Below, piece after piece: positions 49,377 through 57,117 of a stretch of DNA of 64,000 nucleotides. Source of the stretch: Ignavibacteriae bacterium HGW-Ignavibacteriae-1. Lineage in GTDB: Bacteria > Bacteroidota > Ignavibacteria > Kapaibacteriales > UBA2268. How positions within the stretch are numbered: the first letter of the stretch is position 1; the number at the start of each line of letters is the position of its first letter. A program made the translations under genes and the position numbers. Below the pieces are notes generated by a model, which searched no databases, was not told the DNA's origin, and saw only the letters and a list, made by a program, of their open reading frames with translations. Location: the NCBI GenBank assembly GCA_002839825.1, contig PGYU01000007.1, positions 27,165 to 91,164 of the forward strand, read 5' to 3'.

Positions 49377-50524
49377 TGGAAACGGCACAAAATTTCCTTT
49401 TCCCCAATGAAATGCATATTTACTGGACAGTTATGATTGTCTTATATCCATATATCACAGGTATGGTTGCAGGTGCTTTTATAGTATCGTCATTTTATCA
49501 TGTTTTTGGTATGGAAAAACTCAAGCCAATCGCAAAATATGCACTTGTTTCATCACTTGCATTTTTACTTTTCGCGACAGTACCGCTCCTTAATCATCTC
49601 GGCAGACCCGAAAGAGCATTTAATATTATGCTGACGCCGAATTTTAATTCTGCTATGAGCGGTTTTGGCTTTGTTTATGCATTTTATATGTTAATTGTTG
49701 TATTGGAAATCTGGTTCAGTTACAGAAAGGAATTTATAGAAAAGTATAAGCAGTCAAAGGGATTTGTAAAGTTCATTTATAAGGTCCTTATTCTCGGCAA
49801 TACAAATGATAATCTTAATACAAGAAGATATGACAATAAAATGGTTGTTGTCTTGGGTGCAATCGGAATACCGGTGGCGTGTATTCTGCACGGATATGTT
49901 GGTTTTCTATTCGGTTCTTTAAAGGCAAATCTATGGTGGTCAACTCCTCTGATGTTTATTATTTTCATATTTTCGGCAATTGTTTCCGGCTTGGCGGTTC
50001 TGACATTTCTATATTTGTTTGTACATTGGAAAAGAAAACTTAAAATCAATCAGGAAGCTATTGATTTAATGTCAAAATGGCTTTGGGGGTTTATGATAAT
50101 AGCAGTTACACTCGAACTAATGGAGGTTTTGTCTATTGCTTATGAACAAACAGAAAAATGGGAAATCCTACATCAACTAATATACGGCAAACTTAAGGTC
50201 TCGTATTTATATCTACAGATTGGACTGTTTTCCATTGTGCCGTTTTTAATTCTTACAATTACATCATTAGTGAAATTTGATAACAGAATAAGAAATTTTT
50301 TGATTTGGCTCTCATCCGGCATGTTGTTAATTCAGGTTTTGCTGATGCGCTGGAATGTAGTTATCGGAGGACAGTTAGTATCCAAAAGTATGAGAGGATT
50401 TACAGAATATTTTCCGGGCTTATTAGATAAAGAGGGTTTATTAGTTTCATTTTTACTGATATTTATTCCATTTTTATTATTAAGAGCTTTTGATAAATTT
50501 TTCCCGTTTTTCGAGAAACAATAG
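49376..50524 (+). CDS. NrfD/PsrC-family integral membrane quinol-interacting subunit.
   Basis: 382 aa with ~9-10 TM helices and an NrfD-like N-terminus (HIYWTVMIVLYPYITGMVAGAFIV). The start overlaps the upstream stop (ATAATGG). Confidence 0.8.
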   Translation: METAQNFLFPNEMHIYWTVMIVLYPYITGMVAGAFIVSSFYHVFGMEKLKPIAKYALVSSLAFLLFATVPLLNHLGRPERAFNIMLTPNFNSAMSGFGFVYAFYMLIVVLEIWFSYRKEFIEKYKQSKGFVKFIYKVLILGNTNDNLNTRRYDNKMVVVLGAIGIPVACILHGYVGFLFGSLKANLWWSTPLMFIIFIFSAIVSGLAVLTFLYLFVHWKRKLKINQEAIDLMSKWLWGFMIIAVTLELMEVLSIAYEQTEKWEILHQLIYGKLKVSYLYLQIGLFSIVPFLILTITSLVKFDNRIRNFLIWLSSGMLLIQVLLMRWNVVIGGQLVSKSMRGFTEYFPGLLDKEGLLVSFLLIFIPFLLLRAFDKFFPFFEKQ

Positions 50525-50858
50525 GTTGATACAACAAATTAAATTAAGTCAATCAAATAAAATATTTCACTTTGCATAATTTTATTCTTACATTTTATAA
50601 AATATTAATAGATGTTGAACTACACATTATTATAAGGCATATTCAGCATCAAAAATAAAATATTCGAATATCAGTTCTAATTCTCAGGATAAGTAAGCGT
50701 TGCACCGCTTATCAGATATATTTGATAGTCGTAACAAATTATAATTTAACAATTCATTCTATAGCTTTAAGTCATCGGTCCTTTCAGTTGTTACAAAGAC
50801 AGGACGAAACAAAAGAGCATGCTTTACGGGCTTGTAGCAACAGAACGGACATAAATTC

Positions 50859-51434
50859 TTAGGGGAGCCGATTAACATTGTAGTTGAGCAAGACAATCCC
50901 ACAATCGAATGATTTGGCTTGAATAAGTTTTAGATTGTGAATTGCTCCGAGCTTGTCGAAAATCTGCATACCGCTCCCAATTGCTGCCGGGTTGACGAAA
51001 ATATGATAATCGTCTATCAGATTATGCTTTATTAAATTCGATACGAATTCTGCTCCTCCATAAGCGATTATGTCTTTTCCGGGAATATTTTTCAAAGCAT
51101 TAATTTCACTTACTAAATCATTTTTAGCTAAAATAGTATTGTCCCACTCAGAATTTTTTAAAGTATTTGAAAAAACTACTTTCGGTGTTTCGGTAAATTT
51201 AATTCCTGCAGCATTTTCAGGATTGTCGGGGTCAGATGCTACACCAGCCCAATATGGGATAAAACCGGTTGCGAGCTTTCTGCCAAGCACGATGCAATCT
51301 ATACTATCTGTAAGCTCCTGAACGTAGGACATAAGTTCCTTGTCCCAATTCCAAGTAACCCAATCCATTTCGCCATTTGGACCAGCAATAAAACCATCTA
51401 TAGTCATCTGTACTTGCAATTTCAATTTACGCAT
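50859..51434 (-). CDS. Dihydrofolate-reductase-like (RibD C-terminal domain) family protein.
   Basis: N-terminus: KLQVQMTIDGFIAGPNGEMDW. Also IAYGGAEFVSNLIKHNLIDDYHIFVNP. Confidence 0.75.
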   Translation of the reverse strand: MRKLKLQVQMTIDGFIAGPNGEMDWVTWNWDKELMSYVQELTDSIDCIVLGRKLATGFIPYWAGVASDPDNPENAAGIKFTETPKVVFSNTLKNSEWDNTILAKNDLVSEINALKNIPGKDIIAYGGAEFVSNLIKHNLIDDYHIFVNPAAIGSGMQIFDKLGAIHNLKLIQAKSFDCGIVLLNYNVNRLP

Positions 51435-51680
51435 AATCTTTCCTTAATCTTTATAGTTCACAAAAAATTACTACTTTAGTCGAAAATGATATGTGAATAT
51501 TGGAAGAATTCCCTCAAAATGACTGACCTGTCCATCGTATTTATCTTTTAAATCCAATTCGGATATTCATCTCATCACACCGATTCTATTTGGTCAATTG
51601 AGATATTTTTTGTAATTTTAATATTGTATTTATGTCATGTTGGAAATTGATAATTGCTTACAAATTAAGAGTGCAAATAT

Positions 51681-53111
51681 ATGAAAATACTATACTTTGT
51701 TGTTACATTTATGTTGATAATCGCCAATTATGGGACTTTAAGTTCGATAGAAAACGATGATTGCATGATGTGTCATTCTGATCCCGATATGTATATGGAA
51801 AAGGGGCGTTCAAAAATTTCTCTATGGGTGGATAATTCAAAGTTTATGTTTTCTGCCCATAAAAATGTGAAATGTATAGACTGCCACAAGGGATTCGACC
51901 CCGATGATATCCCGCATAAAGAAAATATTGGGAAAATTGATTGCAACTCATGTCATCAAGGAGTCGAAAAAAAGCATACCTTCCACCCATGGATGGCAGA
52001 TGCTCCTTTGCAAAACGATTGCAAAAAATGTCATGGCTATCATTATGCAACTCCGGCTAAGGGCAAAGGCAGCAAGGTCTCCGGCATTCATTCTCTTCAA
52101 CAATGCGGCACTTGCCATCAAGATGTGGTTGACGAATATATGAAATCGGAGCATTACAAAGCATTATTGAGCATCTCGGACGAAAATGCCCCCGATTGCA
52201 ATTATTGCCATAGTAAACCCATCACTAAGGGCTGGATTGGAAATTATATTGAGCGAAAAGCAAACCAAAACCAAGTTTGTACAGATTGCCATAGTCACGA
52301 CACCAAAAATCCCTCGGTCATCAAAACGATAACAAATTCTAATTCGAGGCATTTCCAACTGAAAGCTGAAGGTAAAGAGCACGCTGCAGTATGTACGGAT
52401 TGCCACGGATTTCATAATATTAAGAAAAATGAGGATTTTGAAGCTCGTCTCAGTGTCAAAAATTCATTCTCTGCGTGTGGCAAATGCCACGTTCATATCG
52501 CCCAAGAATATCAAAACAGTATCCACGGGTTGGCTCAAATCAAAGGCAATATGGATGCTGCATCGTGCGTCAGTTGCCATTTCGAACATGATTTGAAAAA
52601 GGTTCCACACGTAGATGAAGCCATTTTCAAAAGTAATAAATTAAACAAACAATTTGCCATAGACAGCAAAATGATTTATTGCGTTTCTTGCCATGGCGAT
52701 TCGGAATTAATGGGCAAAAGCAATATCAAATCATTGTTGGAATCACATTCGTGGTTGCCGGAACTCGAAAGCCATTTTTCCGCAGTATCTTGTTTCGATT
52801 GTCATTCGAGTTATACGGTACCGTATTTATCGCATAATATATTACCTTTGGAAAAAAGTGTCAAAACTTGCAATCCATGCCACGAGCAGGACATGAATTT
52901 GAAATCTAAATTGGCAAATTATTACAAGACACGAAAAACCGGAGAATCCGGAATAATTGACGGCACAATAGGCGGTGGCAGTTACGTTGGCTTGTCTCGG
53001 AGTGTAATTCTTGATAATCTAAGTTTTATACTTCTGGGAGGCGTATTTATTGGTTTACTCGCTCATGGTTATATTAGATGGTACTTCAGAAGCAAAAAGG
53101 AATCAAAATGA
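51681..53111 (+). CDS. 13-heme c-type cytochrome with N- and C-terminal membrane anchors.
   Basis: I count 13 CxxCH motifs. The N-terminus CMMCHSD resembles the 43970 protein's CMMCHDD. A C-terminal hydrophobic helix is present. Confidence 0.8.
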   Translation: MKILYFVVTFMLIIANYGTLSSIENDDCMMCHSDPDMYMEKGRSKISLWVDNSKFMFSAHKNVKCIDCHKGFDPDDIPHKENIGKIDCNSCHQGVEKKHTFHPWMADAPLQNDCKKCHGYHYATPAKGKGSKVSGIHSLQQCGTCHQDVVDEYMKSEHYKALLSISDENAPDCNYCHSKPITKGWIGNYIERKANQNQVCTDCHSHDTKNPSVIKTITNSNSRHFQLKAEGKEHAAVCTDCHGFHNIKKNEDFEARLSVKNSFSACGKCHVHIAQEYQNSIHGLAQIKGNMDAASCVSCHFEHDLKKVPHVDEAIFKSNKLNKQFAIDSKMIYCVSCHGDSELMGKSNIKSLLESHSWLPELESHFSAVSCFDCHSSYTVPYLSHNILPLEKSVKTCNPCHEQDMNLKSKLANYYKTRKTGESGIIDGTIGGGSYVGLSRSVILDNLSFILLGGVFIGLLAHGYIRWYFRSKKESK

Positions 53112-55270
53112 AAAAGTTAGAACTATACCCGATTTGGATTAGAATTTGGCATATTTTGCAAGGTATTTTATTTCTTCTTCTTTTGATTTCCGGTGTTGGT
53201 ATGCATTTTGGGATTGTACCGATTGGCTTTTCATTGCCAATCCATATTTATTCCGGTATCACGATGTCGGTACTATATATACTATTTTTCGTAATGAATT
53301 TCGCAACCGGGAATGCAAAACATTATTTCAAAATTCAAAAAGGGACAGTAAAGAAATTTTTTGTAGAATTAAAATATTATTTTTGGGATATATTTATTCA
53401 GCAAGAATTGGCATACGACCCGGAAATCATTAAATTCGGTGTTTTCAAGCAATTATTATATTTGAAAATAATGTATATAGTTATTCCATGTATTATTATT
53501 ACAGGATTAATTATTTTGATACCAAATCTGATGCCTGAAACGATTTTTGGTAGCTCAGGTGTTTGGGTTATTACGCTGATTCACACGATAATGGGATTCT
53601 TCCTGACTGCGTTTTTCCTTTTGCACTTATATTTGGGTACAACAGGCAAGACAGTTGGTCAATTATATAAAGCAATTGCAAGCGGTAGTCTGGAATACGA
53701 AGAAAAAATACCGGAACAAGAATTACCATCGGATTTAGTAAAGAAAAAGAAATTCTTCCCGACATCATTTTATAATCCGCTTACAATGCTCGGCTCATTA
53801 TTAGCATTAATGGCATTTGTAGTGATTATCGGACTATTATTTGTTGACATAATTGCAGGATTTGACAATCCCTATATCGGCATTGTTACATTCATTTTCT
53901 TACCTATAATTCTTGGTCTCGGTATAGTATTGATATTTCTCGGGGCTTTATGGGAAAGCAAAAAACGTTTTCTTGCCCAAAAGAAAGATAAACCATTGCC
54001 AATAATAGATTTAAATAGTCCCAAAACCCAAAGAATAATAGCATTTATGTCAATTATTGGTGTGATTTTGTTATTATTCACAGTATTCGGCTCGTTTAAA
54101 GCTTACGAATATACGGAATCTGATGAGTTTTGCGGCGAGGCATGTCATCAGGTTATGCACCCTGAATATTTGGCATATCAAGATTCTCCGCATTCAAATG
54201 TGGGATGCGTCAAATGCCACATCGGTTCAGGTGCAGATTGGTTTGTCAAAGCCAAGTTGTCCGGTAGTTGGCAGCTGATTTCGGTTATGTTTGATTTGTA
54301 TTCAAAACCGATTCAAGTGCCTGTTGCTCATCTACGTCCTGCCCAAGAGACTTGTGAGCAGTGCCATTGGCCCGCTAATTTCAATAGCGAAAAGAAAATA
54401 GTCTATGATTTTTTCCAATCGGACGAAGTCAATTCCGAAACGATGTTGACAATGTTACTCAAAACCGGTGGTGGTACACCTGAAAGCGGTAGGCAATCCG
54501 GGATTCATTGGCATATGAATCTCGCTAATGAGATTCATTATATTGCAAATGATTACGAGCGCCAAGATATTCCTTGGGTGAGAGTGGTTTCAAAATTGAC
54601 CGGCGATACGACTATTTATATCAGAGAAGACGACGAAATAACACCGGATATGCTCGAGCCCGAAAAATTACGGAAAATGGATTGTATTGATTGCCACAAC
54701 AGACCATCGCACATTTACAAGATTCCTTACAAGGAAGTAAATACATATATGTCGAATCGCAAAATTGACAATTCACTGCCATTTATCAAAAATCTCGCCG
54801 TCCAAATACTCGAATCATATTCGATTAATCGCGAAAATTCATTGGCGGAAATTAGTAATTATATAAATAATTTTTATAATAAATATTACCCTGAAACAGC
54901 GAAGGGGAAAAAGCATCAGATTCAGCAATCAATCCACCACATTAACACAATTTATTTGCGAAATTATTTCCCGGAAATGCATACAAATTGGAAACGATTC
55001 CCGAATAATTTGGGGCATATGTATTCCGATGGGTGCTTCAGATGCCACGACGGTAAACACAAATCAGCTGACGGGAAAGTGGTGAGCCACGATTGCAATG
55101 TTTGTCATACAATTATTTCACAAAAAACGCCCGGTCAAATTGAAGAAACACGCGGTTTAGACTTGGAATTCAAGCATCCCGGTGGCGAAAATCTCAACAT
55201 CGAAAACAGACTTTGTTCCGACTGTCATGGCATTAAACAAGTGAAAAACATACAGGCATTCAAAAAATAA
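53108..55270 (+). CDS. Fusion of an FdnI/HydC-like cytochrome b (N-terminal) with a periplasmic 7-heme NapC/NirT/ImcH-like c-type cytochrome (C-terminal).
   Basis: The ATG at 53108 follows AAGGAA and overlaps the upstream stop by 4 nt. N-terminal motifs: IWIRIWHILQGILFLLLLISGVGMH and ITLIHTIMGFFLTAFFLLHLYLG. Seven CxxCH motifs follow, including CVKCHIGSGADWFVKAK, which is NapC/NrfH-like. Confidence 0.75.
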   Translation: MKKLELYPIWIRIWHILQGILFLLLLISGVGMHFGIVPIGFSLPIHIYSGITMSVLYILFFVMNFATGNAKHYFKIQKGTVKKFFVELKYYFWDIFIQQELAYDPEIIKFGVFKQLLYLKIMYIVIPCIIITGLIILIPNLMPETIFGSSGVWVITLIHTIMGFFLTAFFLLHLYLGTTGKTVGQLYKAIASGSLEYEEKIPEQELPSDLVKKKKFFPTSFYNPLTMLGSLLALMAFVVIIGLLFVDIIAGFDNPYIGIVTFIFLPIILGLGIVLIFLGALWESKKRFLAQKKDKPLPIIDLNSPKTQRIIAFMSIIGVILLLFTVFGSFKAYEYTESDEFCGEACHQVMHPEYLAYQDSPHSNVGCVKCHIGSGADWFVKAKLSGSWQLISVMFDLYSKPIQVPVAHLRPAQETCEQCHWPANFNSEKKIVYDFFQSDEVNSETMLTMLLKTGGGTPESGRQSGIHWHMNLANEIHYIANDYERQDIPWVRVVSKLTGDTTIYIREDDEITPDMLEPEKLRKMDCIDCHNRPSHIYKIPYKEVNTYMSNRKIDNSLPFIKNLAVQILESYSINRENSLAEISNYINNFYNKYYPETAKGKKHQIQQSIHHINTIYLRNYFPEMHTNWKRFPNNLGHMYSDGCFRCHDGKHKSADGKVVSHDCNVCHTIISQKTPGQIEETRGLDLEFKHPGGENLNIENRLCSDCHGIKQVKNIQAFKK

Positions 55271-55283
55271 ATTCATAATTAAA

Positions 55284-55412
55284 CAATTCATCCGATGACT
55301 TTCGAGTCATCGGATGAATATAGAATGGATATTTCTTATGGACATCAACAGCGTTCTATCCAAATTTCCGTCATTTTTAGCCACCGACGAAGAATCAAGT
55401 TTTCATAAAAAT
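55284..55412. repeat. ~130-bp intergenic repeat element, copy B.
   Basis: caATTCATCCGATGACTttcgAGTCATCGGATGAATAt...GGACATCAACAGCGTTCTATCC...GAAGAATCAAGTTTTCA. Confidence 0.65.
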
Positions 55413-55596
55413 ACATGAATTACTCATTTCGTTCAAAATGACAAATGGAGCTTGATACTGCGTATGTATAAGTCCCTGAATTATTATTATGATGCTTAAC
55501 TTATATAATTTACAAATAGAAAGTTAGTATTAAATATAATAGTTTAAGATTTTATTCGTAATGCTTTCTAATTTTAAAACAAGGAAGTATTTAATT

Positions 55597-56790
55597 ATGT
55601 TTAGATTATTATTACTAATAGTTTTTCTTTTTACAGTAATAAACTCCTATGCTCAATGGGTGAGAGTAGAGCAATTGCCGCAGATTTATATAACCGGTAT
55701 TGCCCTTAATGATGAAACAATATTTGTGGCAGCAGATACATGCATTATTTTCAAAAGTACCGACAATGGGCAAAATTGGCAAAGTATAAACTTTGACTAT
55801 AATGAAGCCGGAGCTTCAAATATATCATATCTGAATGGTAAAATTTATGTGGGAACTATTGCCCATGGCGTTTATGTCAGTACTGATAACGGTAATTCGT
55901 GGAATAATAAAGGTCCCTCAATGATGCCTGTCTCCGGTTTTTCAGAATTTAAAGGTGAAATTTATTGCTCAACATTAGGAGACGGTGTTTTTGTTGAGAC
56001 TACAAGCTCTTGGGTGCGAATGAATAACGAATTACCTACCTATTCCCAACAAATATACACAATGACTTCGACTCCTAATAATTTACTAATATCAGCGGGG
56101 TCTAACGGTGTTTGGTACAGATACGATTTTGAAATTGGTAAATGGATTGAAGGGTATTTTGACGAGGGTTTATCTCCCGGAATGGAAATCTGGAAGATGA
56201 TTTATGATAACGGTATCTGTTACGCTTCAGCACGAAATAGAATATTTTCGAGTACAAATGATGGAGAAAAATGGGTACAGGATATTGTGGGTACAAAGAA
56301 TGGTACAGATAGGATAATGTACGCAGGAAAAGAACATATATACGCACTCACAAATTCAAGCATGGTTGGTGTCTGGATTCAGAAGCGTTATAAGAATTTG
56401 CCCGCCGGCTCTACTTGGAGCAACGATGAGGAGTTTGTAAATAATGTTTACGCTTTCGACATCCTCGAATACGACGACAAGCTGTTCCTTGCAACCGACA
56501 GAGGACTTTATATAAAGCCCTTAAGTAATACTCATGTTGACTATGAAAATTCAAGCCAGGTTGAAATTTTTCCCAATCCGACTTCAGACGGTTTTGTTCA
56601 AATCAGGAATTCAGAAATAATTAATAAATATGAAATTTTCGATATAACAGGCAGAATTGTCCATAAAGAAAACATCAATGATAATGAGCTTGTTCTTTCT
56701 TTAGACCTCGATTCGGGATTGTATTACGTATCCATAAATTGTTTAAACGGACAAAATTTCTTTATCCCTCTATTAGTTGGCAAATACTGA
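55597..56790 (+). CDS. BNR-like beta-propeller protein with a T9SS C-terminal domain.
   Basis: The ATG at 55597 follows AAGGAAG and the signal peptide reads MFRLLLLIVFLFTVINSYAQ. Repeats STDNGQNW, STDNGNSW and STNDGEKW. C-terminus: EIFPNPTSDGFVQI...GLYYVSINCLNGQNFFIPLLVGKY. Confidence 0.5.
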   Translation: MFRLLLLIVFLFTVINSYAQWVRVEQLPQIYITGIALNDETIFVAADTCIIFKSTDNGQNWQSINFDYNEAGASNISYLNGKIYVGTIAHGVYVSTDNGNSWNNKGPSMMPVSGFSEFKGEIYCSTLGDGVFVETTSSWVRMNNELPTYSQQIYTMTSTPNNLLISAGSNGVWYRYDFEIGKWIEGYFDEGLSPGMEIWKMIYDNGICYASARNRIFSSTNDGEKWVQDIVGTKNGTDRIMYAGKEHIYALTNSSMVGVWIQKRYKNLPAGSTWSNDEEFVNNVYAFDILEYDDKLFLATDRGLYIKPLSNTHVDYENSSQVEIFPNPTSDGFVQIRNSEIINKYEIFDITGRIVHKENINDNELVLSLDLDSGLYYVSINCLNGQNFFIPLLVGKY

Positions 56791-57117
56791 TTTTTCGCCC
56801 CGTCAGTGTTACAATTGTGAAATAAAGAGCCTGTTTTACAGTATTTCAACTGATTGAAAAAGCAAATTCTCGTCAGTAATAACAAAGACAGGACAAAATC
56901 CTGTCCAGTCATTACTCTTCTACTTATTGCAATAACTTATTTACTCGAACGTGCTTTTTTTTATGAAAAATGAATGTATCATGATTATATCAAATCATGC
57001 AACTAACTCTTGTTGCGGCTTTAAGTATTCCGGATTATCAGACATGTATAGAGGAGAAATCCACTAAGGTTTAACTTATTTTAGTTCATTTTGAGGTATG
57101 GTAGGATGTATGCTTGT

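Noticed and set aside
53146-53433. Alternative-frame ORF inside the cyt b::7-heme gene, with similar small internal ORFs throughout the cytochrome genes.
   Set aside because: They overlap strongly supported CDSs and have no motifs.
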